Part shown: positions 15,972-25,236 of the stretch, piece after piece
Position numbering within the stretch: the first letter of the stretch is position 1
Layout: each line of letters starts with the position of its first letter
DNA from: Candidatus Hadarchaeales archaeon
GTDB taxonomy: Archaea; Hadarchaeota; Hadarchaeia; Hadarchaeales; Hadarchaeaceae
Reading direction: 5' to 3'
NCBI GenBank assembly: GCA_038823825.1
Contig: JAWBCC010000002.1
Span: 218,630 to 250,629 of the forward strand
DNA: 32,000 nucleotides
The notes under the pieces: model-generated
What the model saw: the letters and a program-made list of their open reading frames with translations, nothing else
Database searches by the model: none
Told to the model about the DNA's origin: nothing
Position numbers and translations under genes: made by a program

Positions 15972-16727
15972 CTACCCAAACTTTCCTTTTATATAGAATC
16001 TGGTTCTTGGATTTCGAGCATTTTTGAATATTCGTCGACTGGTTCCGAATTCTACAAGTTTACCGAGGTAAAGAAATGCTACATAATCTGAAATTCTTGC
16101 CGCCTGCTGTATGTTATGCGTAACTATCACAATCGTATAATTCTTTTTCAAATCGTAGATTAAATTCTCGATTTTCCACGTGGAGATGGGATCGAGTGCG
16201 GAGCACGGTTCGTCCATGAGAAGAACCTCGGGCTCAACGGCGAGAGCTCTGGCTATGCAGAGTCTCTGTTGTTGCCCGCCTGAAAGCGCCAAGGCAGGAG
16301 AGTCAAGTTTGTTCTTTACTTCATCCCACAAACCGACCTTTTTTAGAACTTCTTCTACTCTTTCATGGATTTCTTTCCCGCTAAGGCCGCCGTTGATTTT
16401 TAATCCGTAGGATACATTTTCGAAAATCGATTTCGGAAACGGATTGGGTTTTTGGAATACTATTCCTATTTTTTGTCTCAATTCGCTGAGGTCCATCTTC
16501 GGAGAGTAGATTGATTTGCCATCTAGCAAGATGTCTCCGCTTACTTTCACGCTGTCAAACATCTCGACCAATCGATTGATCGTTTTCAGAAGCGTGGTCT
16601 TGCCGCATCCGGATGGGCCGATAATAGCCGTGATTTTATTCTCCGGGATTCTCATGTTTATGTTTTTTAATATCCAGTCCTCACCGAACCAGACGTTCAG
16701 ATTTTTTATCTTTATTTTGTCTTTCAT
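15972..16727 (-). CDS. pstB: Phosphate ABC transporter ATP-binding protein
   Basis: GPSGCGKTT Walker A, LSGGQQQRLCIARA signature and LLMDEPCSALDP Walker B, with PstB-typical context. ATG 16727 is preceded by GGTGAT and lies 2 nt after the pstA stop. Confidence 0.95.
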   Translation of the reverse strand: MKDKIKIKNLNVWFGEDWILKNINMRIPENKITAIIGPSGCGKTTLLKTINRLVEMFDSVKVSGDILLDGKSIYSPKMDLSELRQKIGIVFQKPNPFPKSIFENVSYGLKINGGLSGKEIHERVEEVLKKVGLWDEVKNKLDSPALALSGGQQQRLCIARALAVEPEVLLMDEPCSALDPISTWKIENLIYDLKKNYTIVIVTHNIQQAARISDYVAFLYLGKLVEFGTSRRIFKNARNPRTRFYIKGKFG

Positions 16728-16729
16728 AA

Positions 16730-17584
16730 TCACCACATCTTCTTTTTACCATAGTGCCACCTTATGATCGAGGCTCCAAGGTACATCGTAAGCACGAGCA
16801 TCATCAGAACAAGTGCTGTTCCAAATGCCATTGGTCTGGCAGCCGTTACATCGGGGTGTTCGACGTTAAGCACAAAAAGATGATAGGGGAGAGCCATCAC
16901 AGGTGCAAATATCGAGTTCGGTAGTCCTCTTGTATAAAAAACGGCCCCCGTAAACAGTATGGGTGCAGTCTCCCCCGCTGCTCTTCCTATACTCAGCATA
17001 GTGCCCGTTATCACGCCCGGTAACGCAGCCGGAAGCACGACTCTAAATATCGTCTGCCACTTGGTTGCTCCAAGCGCAAGACTCGCTTCTCTAAATTCAT
17101 TTGGAATGCTCTTCAGGGCTTCCATTGAACTTATCGTTATAGTTGGGAGAGTCATAAGGCTTAGCGTGAAGGCCGCCGATATGAGCGAGACCCCCCAACC
17201 CAAGAACTTGACGAAAAAGACCATGCCAAAAATTCCGAAAATGATCGAAGGAATTCCATTCAGATTGTAAATGGCGTTGATAATAGTTTCCCTAATTCTT
17301 CCTGGTTTCGCGTATTCTACAAGGTAAATTGCAGTCATCAGACCAAGCGGGAATGAGATGGTGACAGCGAGCGTTACTAGAAGAAGAGTACCGACTATTG
17401 CCGGAAAAATGCCGCCCCTCGTCATTCCCTCCCTCGGAAATCCGGTTAGGAATTCCCAACTCAAAACTCCAATTCCGTTTGTCGCTATGAAAAACACCAC
17501 GAGTCCTATGAACCCCAAAACGATCGTTATCGAAAGACGGGCTATCAGAAACGCGATTTTTTGGGAAATTTTTCTCGAATTCAT
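16730..17584 (-). CDS. pstA: Phosphate ABC transporter permease PstA
   Basis: 284 aa, 6 TM helices, EAA-type loop (EASLALGATKWQTIFRVVLPAALPG). ATGA overlap with the pstC stop. Confidence 0.9.
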   Translation of the reverse strand: MNSRKISQKIAFLIARLSITIVLGFIGLVVFFIATNGIGVLSWEFLTGFPREGMTRGGIFPAIVGTLLLVTLAVTISFPLGLMTAIYLVEYAKPGRIRETIINAIYNLNGIPSIIFGIFGMVFFVKFLGWGVSLISAAFTLSLMTLPTITISSMEALKSIPNEFREASLALGATKWQTIFRVVLPAALPGVITGTMLSIGRAAGETAPILFTGAVFYTRGLPNSIFAPVMALPYHLFVLNVEHPDVTAARPMAFGTALVLMMLVLTMYLGASIIRWHYGKKKMW

Positions 17585-18528
17585 CTGGCAACCCTCCTAA
17601 CTTTTCTTGAAATTATCCAGTTTGCAATGAAATTCACAGCAAAGGTTATTGCGAAAAGCACCAGTCCTATCCCAAATAGAGCACTGTAGTGAAGAGATCC
17701 GAACGAGACTTCACCCATCTCAATCGCAATTGTTGCCGGCATAGTTCTAACCGGAGAAAATATAGAGGTAGGGATTACGGCCGCACCTCCGCTTAACATC
17801 ATTACTGCAATGGTTTCACCAATGGCTCTTCCCAGTCCAAGCAGGACCCCTCCAACGATTCCAGATGAAGCTGCCGGTATCACAGCGTTTTTTATTGTTT
17901 CCCATTTGGTCGCACCGAGCGCAAATGACGCTTCTCTGTATTCGTTCGGAACTGCTCGTAGAGAATCCTCGATTATGCTAAGCATAGTCGGAAGAATCAT
18001 AAAGGCCAACACGAGCCCAGCAGTTAGCGCAGTCTGTCCAGTCGGTAAACCGAAAAATCTCTGAATGAAAGGCACGAGTACTACAAGTCCAAAAAATCCG
18101 TAGACAACGGATGGGATCGCCGAAAGCACTTCGACCGTGGTTTTGAGGAGATCTCTTACTTTTGAGCTGGCGATTTCCGAGATGTATATTGCTCCGAACA
18201 GCGCCAAGGGAACAGATACTGCCAAAGCAAGCGAAGTTACGAGAAGGCTACCCAATATCATCGGCGCGATGCCAAAGGAGGGGGGATGAGCGGTAGGTAG
18301 CCACTTATGGTTTAAGATAAAATTTGTGACCCCGATATTCGTGAATACCGGAATCGATTGAGTAAAAACGAATATGAAGATCAGAAAGACGAAAAATATG
18401 GAAAAAGTAGCGAAAAGACCTGTGACGGTCTTTCCGGAAAAGACACGCTTGGTTATCCCGCTAGGGAAAAAAAATGGTCGCCCACGGGTTTTCTCACGTG
18501 AGCGACACGAATCCCTTCTCCTCAACAA
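17581..18528 (-). CDS. pstC: Phosphate ABC transporter permease PstC
   Basis: 315 aa with EASFALGATKWETIKNAVIPAASSG. The TTG start is uncertain and overlaps the pstS 3' end by 35 nt. Confidence 0.85.
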   Translation of the reverse strand: MLRRRDSCRSREKTRGRPFFFPSGITKRVFSGKTVTGLFATFSIFFVFLIFIFVFTQSIPVFTNIGVTNFILNHKWLPTAHPPSFGIAPMILGSLLVTSLALAVSVPLALFGAIYISEIASSKVRDLLKTTVEVLSAIPSVVYGFFGLVVLVPFIQRFFGLPTGQTALTAGLVLAFMILPTMLSIIEDSLRAVPNEYREASFALGATKWETIKNAVIPAASSGIVGGVLLGLGRAIGETIAVMMLSGGAAVIPTSIFSPVRTMPATIAIEMGEVSFGSLHYSALFGIGLVLFAITFAVNFIANWIISRKVRRVAR

Positions 18529-19342
18529 TTCTCTGCCCCTCCGGCCCCTTGACGAACTCTATGAACTCTTTAGCGAGCCCAGATGGCTCTCCAATAGTGT
18601 ACATGTAAAGAGCTCTCGAAATCGGATACGTTCCATTTAAGATGTTTTGTTTTGTTGGAAGAACTCCGTTTACTGCAAGTGCTTTAACACCGCTGATATA
18701 ACTGATGCCGACATAACCAATTGCATTTGGGTTTGTTGAAACAATTTGTCGCATTTCTCCGCTCGACATTGTTGTTAGTACAGAAGAGGACATGTTCTCT
18801 CCTCTCATCACCAGTTCATGGAATGATTCGTACGTTCCGGAGGTAGTTTCTCTGGTATACACAGCGATCGTAAGATTCGGTCCACCTACTTCCGACCAAT
18901 TCCTTATTTCTCCAGTGTATATCTTCTTTATCTGCTCCAAGGTCAGGCTGTTCACAGGATTGCTCGGATGGACTATCACCGCTAGGGCGTCTAGCGCGAT
19001 TTTATGCTCGACCAGTCGTCCTCCAGCTCTCTCATTTTCTATGTTCTTTGCGCGTCTTGAAGACGTGGCTATATCGCATCTACCCTCTATTAGGGATGTT
19101 ATGCCGACACCGGAGCCGCCACCCGAAACATTAATAGTGTCGTACGGGTGAGCGTTCATCCATCTTTCCGCAGCAAGCTGTGTTATCGGTAAAACGGTGG
19201 TGGAGCCAGCGATGTTTATCGATCTTGGTTGAATGTTTGAACCATTTTCGCCTACTTCGTTCGTTCTTATGCCTACTAGAAAGACCGTAACCAGCACAAT
19301 ACCCAGGGCCACCGAGGCCACAACTACTGTCGTAACTTTCAT
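18494..19342 (-). CDS. pstS: Phosphate-binding protein PstS
   Basis: From ATG 19342: MKVTTVVVASVALGIVLV anchor/signal, then GSTTVLP...SGGGSGVG...TSGT, typical of PstS. TATA at 19372-19380. ORF-track start 19390 lies upstream of that TATA. Confidence 0.9.
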   Translation of the reverse strand: MKVTTVVVASVALGIVLVTVFLVGIRTNEVGENGSNIQPRSINIAGSTTVLPITQLAAERWMNAHPYDTINVSGGGSGVGITSLIEGRCDIATSSRRAKNIENERAGGRLVEHKIALDALAVIVHPSNPVNSLTLEQIKKIYTGEIRNWSEVGGPNLTIAVYTRETTSGTYESFHELVMRGENMSSSVLTTMSSGEMRQIVSTNPNAIGYVGISYISGVKALAVNGVLPTKQNILNGTYPISRALYMYTIGEPSGLAKEFIEFVKGPEGQRIVEEKGFVSLT

Positions 19343-19371
19343 TTTATCCCCAAGTAACGAAAAAGCGCTTC

Positions 19372-19424
19372 TTTTATATAGATTGTCCAAATATTTTATA
19401 TACCTGTAAATTAAGTATATAGAT
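19372..19424. promoter_or_regulatory. Divergent pstS / phoU promoter region with three phased TATATA cores
   Basis: TTTTATATA at 19372-19380, TTTATATAC at 19395-19403, and TATATAGAT at both 19375-19383 and 19416-19424. The cores are spaced about 20-22 bp apart. Confidence 0.4.
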
Positions 19425-19426
19425 CG

Positions 19427-20467
19427 ATGGCAGAGAGAAAAGAGGAAAGCAGGAGAATCCAGTTAACCGGAAAGTCCACTTACATCGTTTCTCTTCCGAA
19501 GTGGTGGGCCTCTGAAATGAAACTCAAACCAGGGGATATCATTAACATGATCGTTCAAGATGATTCCCTGTTGCTGACTGTAAGAAAGTCAGCCGTGGAA
19601 CACGAAAGAGAGAGAGAAGCCACCCTGAAGGTTTTACCCGATGAAAATCCAGACAAGATCATTAGAAAAATAGTTTCGCTCTATCTTGTTGGCTATAACA
19701 CAATCAGGATAATATCTGAGAAGGAAAGGATATCAAATCTGCAGAGCGAATTAATAAAGAATTTTGTGAGAACCAAGCTAATCGGGACAGAGGTGATTAT
19801 GGACCTCCCCACCGAGATAGTGGTTAAGGTGATACTCAGCTATCCGGAATTATCGATAAGAGACGCTGTTAGGAGGATGACGCTAATCACAAAGTCGATG
19901 ATCGAAGACTCGATAGAAGCCTTGAACAAAAAAGACCACGAGCTGGCCAGAAGCGTGATAGTCAGAGATGATGATGTGGACAGATTTAGTATGTATATAA
20001 TAAGGCAGCTGAAATCTGCCGTAGGAGATCGCAGAATAATGCGCGATGTTGGGATTGAAAGCGCGCGCGATTGTTTAGGATATCGACTGATCGTCAAAAG
20101 TGTGGAGAGAATTGCGGATCATGCTTCCACGATTTCCAAGAATGTGATTAAACTGCGAGGCGCAATCGATCATTCGGTTGTCGAGAAGCTTTCAGAAATG
20201 AAAGACCTAGTGGTGAGAGCATTTGAGAAAACAATCGAGTCACTTTTCAAAGAAGACCCAGAGTTATCCGAGGAGGTCATCGGGATGAAAGAGCTCGTCG
20301 TAAAATCCGAGAATCAAATAGACGAGATGATCATGAAAAAACCAGCGCGCACGGACGCGATAGTTATCAGCCTGATCGTCGAAAGTCTGCGTAGAATGTA
20401 CGAGTACAGCTGTGACATAGCAGAAGTAGTCTTGAATTTAACGTTAGAGAAGCAACAGGCGGTCTGA
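19427..20467 (+). CDS. phoU: Phosphate uptake regulator: N-terminal AbrB/SpoVT-type DNA-binding domain fused to PhoU repeats
   Basis: 346 aa. RRIQLTGKSTYIVSLPKWWASEMKLKPGDIINM is a swapped-hairpin AbrB-like domain. The helical remainder is PhoU-like (ERIADHASTISKNV, YEYSCDIAEVV). Divergent from pstS. Confidence 0.8.
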   Translation: MAERKEESRRIQLTGKSTYIVSLPKWWASEMKLKPGDIINMIVQDDSLLLTVRKSAVEHEREREATLKVLPDENPDKIIRKIVSLYLVGYNTIRIISEKERISNLQSELIKNFVRTKLIGTEVIMDLPTEIVVKVILSYPELSIRDAVRRMTLITKSMIEDSIEALNKKDHELARSVIVRDDDVDRFSMYIIRQLKSAVGDRRIMRDVGIESARDCLGYRLIVKSVERIADHASTISKNVIKLRGAIDHSVVEKLSEMKDLVVRAFEKTIESLFKEDPELSEEVIGMKELVVKSENQIDEMIMKKPARTDAIVISLIVESLRRMYEYSCDIAEVVLNLTLEKQQAV

Positions 20468-20472
20468 ATCTA

Positions 20473-20856
20473 TTATTCCTTCGCTCGCTCAGGTGGAGAA
20501 GTAAAGCTCAGGACACCCTGCTTAGGCTCGTAAATATTTCCGGCTTCTTTCTCACTCTTCAGAATTTCCTGAACTTCTTCTTTGCTCAGACCTACCTTTT
20601 CCGCTATTTCCAAGATTTCAGAAACTTCGACCATCCCGGTTGGATCTTTGCTTGCCAGAGCTCTCATAGCCCTCCTTATAAAGTCTACTTTTGCCTCATG
20701 TCCGCGTAGAATGAGAGGTATTTCCCTCTTCTTCGCAGGGGAGGCACTTTCCACAGAGACGTAAGTTCCCACATCTATCTCGAGCGTGAAGGTCTTTCCG
20801 CAAAGCGGACAGGTCACCTGAACTCTATGCCTCATACATTCACCCTTTGGAGCCAC
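20473..20856 (-). CDS. Hypothetical protein with a C-terminal winged-helix-like region
   Basis: 127 aa (120 aa if ATG 20835). It has only a single CPLC pair. The C-terminal VSEILEIAEKVGLSKEEVQEILKSEKEAGNIYEP looks HTH-like. No family recognised. Confidence 0.4.
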   Translation of the reverse strand: MAPKGECMRHRVQVTCPLCGKTFTLEIDVGTYVSVESASPAKKREIPLILRGHEAKVDFIRRAMRALASKDPTGMVEVSEILEIAEKVGLSKEEVQEILKSEKEAGNIYEPKQGVLSFTSPPERAKE

Positions 20857-20906
20857 TCCGTATATGAACTTTTTCTTATTAGTTTGGACAAGTTAAGAAG
20901 ATAAGT

Positions 20907-21404
20907 GTGAGATTCGCTGTCGACGGCATGCTCGGAAAATTAGCCAGGTGGCTTCGAATAGCCGGGCACGACACGATTTATGCTAGAGATCTGAAGGTTG
21001 AGCCTGATAAGGAGGACGAAACCCTTCTCCAGTTGGTCGCAAGACAGAGGAGGGTTCTTCTTACAGCTGATAAAAACCTTTACACAAGAGCACTGGGTTT
21101 TGGTTTGAAAACAGTTCTCATAACGAAAAAAGACGTGGTTGATCAACTACTGGAGATATCAAAGGCGCTCGGTAGACGCGTGAAGTTGGATTTTGAAAAG
21201 TCTCGCTGCCCAGTTTGCAATGGCACCTTGATTCAGGTAGATCTATCGGAAGTCTCTGAGGATCTGAGGAAGAAGAACAAAGATTTTTGGAAATGCTTAT
21301 CTTGCGGAAAAGTCTACTGGGAAGGAAAACACTGGAGAAGTATAATAAAGACCGCTGAGAGGTATGAACGTGAGGTCGGAAAATCTCTCCCTAGAAGAAG
21401 GTAA
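20907..21404 (+). CDS. Mut7-C (DUF82) PIN-like RNase domain protein with a C-terminal zinc ribbon
   Basis: MRFAVDGMLGKLARWLRIAGHDT, LLTADKNL and CPVCNG...WKCLSCGKVYWEGKHW match the Mut7-C pattern. GTG start. Confidence 0.75.
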   Translation: MRFAVDGMLGKLARWLRIAGHDTIYARDLKVEPDKEDETLLQLVARQRRVLLTADKNLYTRALGFGLKTVLITKKDVVDQLLEISKALGRRVKLDFEKSRCPVCNGTLIQVDLSEVSEDLRKKNKDFWKCLSCGKVYWEGKHWRSIIKTAERYEREVGKSLPRRR

Positions 21405-21978
21405 AATTTTGGTAAAAACAGCAAGGACGGTGATAGAAGAATACGTCAAGTACGGTAGAATCCCTCCCAAGCCTCAAGTCCCGGAAAGTCTTAAGCAACC
21501 CCGGGGAGTTTTTGTGACTCTCGAGAAGAGGGGAGAACTCAGAGGATGCATAGGTTATCCTTTCCCTTCGATGCCTCTGATAGATGCTCTTGTGGACGCG
21601 GCAATCAGTTCTGCTACGAGAGACCCCCGTTTTGAACCGGTCGGTCCTGAGGAGCTCGATGAGATAGAGATAGAGGTGAGTGTGCTCTCAAAACCCGAGG
21701 AAATTCGCGTGAAACATCCTAGAGAATATCTCGAAAAGATAGAAATCGGACGTGATGGTCTCATAGTTCAATATGGTGGATACTCGGGTCTCTTGCTCCC
21801 TCAAGTTCCGGTCGAATGGGGATGGGATGTCGAAGAATTCCTCTGTCAGACGTGCATGAAAGCTGGCCTTCCTCCAGACTATTGGCTGAAGAAGGATGTC
21901 AAGATAATGAAGTTTACGGCTCAGATATTTCGCGAAAGGTCTCCGGGCGGGGAAGTCGAGGAGAGGAGACTCATCTAG
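21364..21978 (+). CDS. AMMECR1 domain protein
   Basis: 204 aa with GVFVTLEKRGELRGCIGYPFP and ATRDPRFEPV, which are AMMECR1 signatures. Overlaps the upstream gene by 41 nt. Confidence 0.85.
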   Translation: MNVRSENLSLEEGKILVKTARTVIEEYVKYGRIPPKPQVPESLKQPRGVFVTLEKRGELRGCIGYPFPSMPLIDALVDAAISSATRDPRFEPVGPEELDEIEIEVSVLSKPEEIRVKHPREYLEKIEIGRDGLIVQYGGYSGLLLPQVPVEWGWDVEEFLCQTCMKAGLPPDYWLKKDVKIMKFTAQIFRERSPGGEVEERRLI

Positions 21979-22519
21979 TCTCTTCTTTCTTCTCCTTTCC
22001 AAGCAAAAGAGAAAGAAGGGTTTTTTCATCAACTTCCGCTCTTGTCCTCCAGCCCAAGTAAAGAACCCCCTTTTCGTCCTCCTGTAGATATCCCATCCTT
22101 ATGAATCTGTCGATGGCGCTCTCTACTCTCCACTTTGGGAATTTCTCCTCCAGGATCTTCTCGATTTCCTTGCCTGCCACCTTTCCCCCCCTTGCGAGAA
22201 TTGTGGCGAGCGTCATCGTCAAAATTGCCATGTCATCTATTCTCCATCCAAACGTTCTCACCTCTGAGAACTCCGGGTGTCCTCTGAAAGTTACAACAAA
22301 CCTATCAGACTCAGAGTCTCCCTCTTTAACGACCTTCACGGTTAGCCCGAGCTTCTCGAGCTCAGCGTCCAAAGCTTTTATCACATCCTCATAGTTTCTT
22401 CCCAAGGCTCTCCTCAATTCCCATCTTCTCGCCCCAGGTTCTCTGTGATGCTTGAAGAGAAGAAGCTGTGCGGCTCTAGAGAGTTTCTGCCTGATTTCGA
22501 CTTCATCCTTTTCTGGCAT
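21971..22519 (-). CDS. Tandem winged-helix kite-type SMC accessory protein (ScpB / Nse3-MAGE-like)
   Basis: 182 aa in two WH-like halves (AAQLLLFKHHREPGARRWELRRAL...LGLTVKVV; MAILTMTLATILARGGKVAGKEIEKILEE...IRMGYLQEDEKGVLYLGWRTRAEV). GGAGGA SD upstream. 17-nt overlap with the kleisin gene. Confidence 0.55.
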   Translation of the reverse strand: MPEKDEVEIRQKLSRAAQLLLFKHHREPGARRWELRRALGRNYEDVIKALDAELEKLGLTVKVVKEGDSESDRFVVTFRGHPEFSEVRTFGWRIDDMAILTMTLATILARGGKVAGKEIEKILEEKFPKWRVESAIDRFIRMGYLQEDEKGVLYLGWRTRAEVDEKTLLSLLLGKEKKEETR

Positions 22520-23288
22520 GCTTCCTCCACTCCTCGTAAGTTATTGGTATGACGAGAGTTCTCGGCTCAGCTTCTTGAGCGGGTTTGCTTCTCGGTCTGA
22601 TTATTATATCTTCTTCAAGAGGCCTGACTTCGACATCAACGTAGCCATAAGAAATCAGAAAACTCATGATCCAGGAACGTCTCACGGTTTCCTCAAAAGT
22701 TTTTGCGCATACCCACTTCCAGTAAGAGATTCCCCTTTTCCCCACATTTTGCAACATTTTTTTCCACTCTTCTTCAAGGATTCTGCTGAATTCTTCTTCC
22801 GAGAGGATTCCCATCTCTCGCAGTTCTTCCTCTGTTATCCTACCGGTCTGAAGCTCCATTCCGCCGAGTTCAGCTCCTCTTTCGCTGAGGGGCGGCAGCT
22901 CCGTCCAATAATCTAGACCGGTTCGCAGCGCCGATGGGGAAATGGATTCCATCTCCAAGATTGGATGCCAGCATTTCGTGAAAATTTCCGCAAGTTCCGC
23001 AGGCTCCATCACTTGCATCTTGAGTGTTATGAGGAGAGGGTCCAAGTAAAGCACAGAAGACCTGTGTTTGAGCCACTCGCTTTGGTGAAGTATGACATCC
23101 GCGAGTCCGGAAACTGCCCGCATGTCCAGGTAAAGCTCTTCGAGCTTCTTCAACTCCGGGAAAAGTTCACGCAGTTTTTCGAGAAGCTCTTTGACCTGCA
23201 CGTCAAACGGATCCAGACCTCTTGATCTAACACTCTCGCATAGGTCGATTATCCTCTCGATTATTTCTCTTTTTTCCTTCACTTTCAT
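22503..23288 (-). CDS. Kleisin (ScpA / Nse4-like) SMC bridging subunit
   Basis: 261 aa. N-terminal helical segment RGLDPFDVQVKELLEKLRELF. C-terminal WH-like ETVRRSWIMSFLISYGYVDVEVRPLEEDIIIRP. ATGA overlap with the SMC-like gene stop. Confidence 0.55.
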   Translation of the reverse strand: MKVKEKREIIERIIDLCESVRSRGLDPFDVQVKELLEKLRELFPELKKLEELYLDMRAVSGLADVILHQSEWLKHRSSVLYLDPLLITLKMQVMEPAELAEIFTKCWHPILEMESISPSALRTGLDYWTELPPLSERGAELGGMELQTGRITEEELREMGILSEEEFSRILEEEWKKMLQNVGKRGISYWKWVCAKTFEETVRRSWIMSFLISYGYVDVEVRPLEEDIIIRPRSKPAQEAEPRTLVIPITYEEWRKHARKG

Positions 23289-25164
23289 CCGACTACCTCC
23301 ACTCTGGATACCCCGCCGATTTTCTGCACAGTTATGACGTTTTGGATTCCCTCGACGTTCGTTATCTGTCCTGGCGTGATCAAAACGTACTGCGCTTCTT
23401 CATCTCTAGTGACTTCAATGAGGCCACGGAGGAGCTCCTCCCTATTTTTGGGATCTAGATGGGCTTCGAACTCGTCTATTGCGCGGAATGGCGATTTTAT
23501 CTTTCTCTGGAGGGCGAGCAGGAAGCACATGATCGCAGAGGTTCTTTCACCCCCGCTGTGAACTTGTGCGTCCAGCAGCGTCGGTTCCATTCCCCTAAAC
23601 CCGACGGATATCTCAAGCCCAGCCCTCTCGATATCTTCTGGATTGGAAATGAAAAGATCTCCGGTTCCTCCGACCCTCTCCAAGAATCTTAAGTAATCTT
23701 TTCTGATTTCATCCAGAAGTCCTTCAATCTCTTTTTTCCACCTCTCTTTTCTCAGTTCTAACTCTTCCAAGGCTTTTCTTCTGTTTTCTTCAGCGATCGT
23801 TGCCTTCTCCTCAAGATCCTTCACTGTCTGCTGGTAGCTCATGAACATCTTTTCCACGTCGGGTGAGATGTCAGCATAAACGGCGAGCTGTGTGTTAACA
23901 GCTCTAAGCTCGTCAAAGACATCCTGGGGTTTTCGTCCGCTCTTTATTCTTTTTCCAACCTTTTCAGCCTCTGCGATGAGCTCCTCCAGCTCTCTCCTGG
24001 TTCTCCTGGCCGAGCTTTTCAACTCTGAGAGTTTTTCGGCTAGGATGCTCTTTTTTAGGTCGGAGACAGCCAACTTGATTTTAATCTGCGTCCCCTGATC
24101 CCTAGTTTCTCTGATTTTCCTCTTTATTTCAGCGATCTTTTCCTTCAGCCTCTCGATTTCTACCGCTTCCCTACCAATTTTGAGTTCCTTTTCGATTTTT
24201 CTAAGCTCAGTCTTATCAGAAATCAGCCTGCCGAGTTTTTCCAGAACCTCCAATCTACCTTCGGCTCTAGCCTGAATTCTTTCACACTCGATTAGCCTGT
24301 TGTAACTCGCCTCGAAATCGAGCTCAAGCTTCTCGAGCAATCTGTCACAGGCATCATCCTCCTTTACCAGTTTCTCCATCTCTCTCGAGATCTCTGCTAG
24401 CTCCGATTCCTTTTCAGAAATTTCCGTTTCGAGTGACTGTAAGGCTTCCTCTTGCTTTTCGACCTTCGCCCAGGCGTATTCGAGCTCCAGTTCCTTTTTC
24501 CTCCTTTCAAGCTCGATTTTTCTTTTGAATCTTTCATACTCCTTCTCCCAATAGCGCAGGGTTTCTCTGGCCTTCTCAAGCATCGCTGTGATCGACTGTT
24601 CTTCGCTCAGAACGTGTGAGAGTTTTTCTCTTGCCTCGATAATTCTTTCCCTGTATTCCCTGAGACCGACAGCTTCCTCGACCATTCGAAGTCTCTCGGT
24701 TGGGTCTACAGCACCGAAAACGTTTATCATGTTTTGATGCATTATGATGAGCATATTCTCTGGATTTATGGAAAGTCTTTCGAGGAGGCGGAGGACCTCC
24801 CCTTTGCTGACCATTCTGTTGTTTATCTCGTGCCAGTAGTTTCCATCCCTGCTCAGGTAACGGGATAAAACCACCGTATCGGCAGGTATGCTCGGAATCG
24901 GCCGTTTCCCATCTTGTGGGCTATTGTTGAAAACTATGCTCACCCGTCCGAGTTTCTCACCTCTCCTTATCAAGTCTCCAAGTCTTCTTGACCGTTCCGT
25001 GTATGTCTGCCCCAGCGCAACAGATATTCCTAAGAGAATGGAGGACTTGCCGGCTCCGTTTGGCCCGCAGATGAGGTTGAGCCCCGGCTTCAGCGGGACC
25101 CTTGTGTACACGTGGCTCATGAAGTTCTCCAGGATGACTTCTTTTATTATCGAATTTTCTGCCA
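23285..25164 (-). CDS. Short, hinge-less SMC-like ATPase with an Smc5/6-flavoured head
   Basis: 626 aa from ATG 25164 (630 aa from GTG 25177). LENFMSH, Walker A GPNGAGKSS, IIMHQNMINVFGAVDP, about 350 aa of coiled coil, then HSGGERTSAIMCFLLALQRKIKSPFRAIDEFEAHLDPKNRE...QYVLITPGQI. Confidence 0.75.
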
Positions 25165-25196
25165 TAGAGTTCCCCACTCTTAGACTCTACGCCAAC

Positions 25197-25202
25197 TTTA
25201 AA
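25197..25202. promoter_or_regulatory. Palindromic TTTAAA element shared by divergent genes
   Basis: Centred about 36 nt from ATG 25164 (minus) and about 37 nt from ATG 25237 (plus). Confidence 0.35.
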
Positions 25203-25236
25203 GAGCAAGCGACGCAAAAAATCTTAAGGTGCAAAG

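Noticed and set aside
21364-21978. AMMECR1 as part of an AmmeMemoRadiSam three-gene system.
   Set aside because: No Memo-like or radical-SAM partner is adjacent. The neighbours are a Mut7-C gene and the convergent kite gene.
23285-25177. Reading the SMC-like ATPase as Rad50 or as Wadjet JetC / MksB.
   Set aside because: There is no Mre11, NurA or HerA neighbour and no CxxC zinc hook, which argues against Rad50. There is no JetD/MksG-type Toprim nuclease, the gene order is SMC-kleisin-kite, and the protein is about half JetC size, which argues against Wadjet. I cannot exclude a distant relationship without profile searches.
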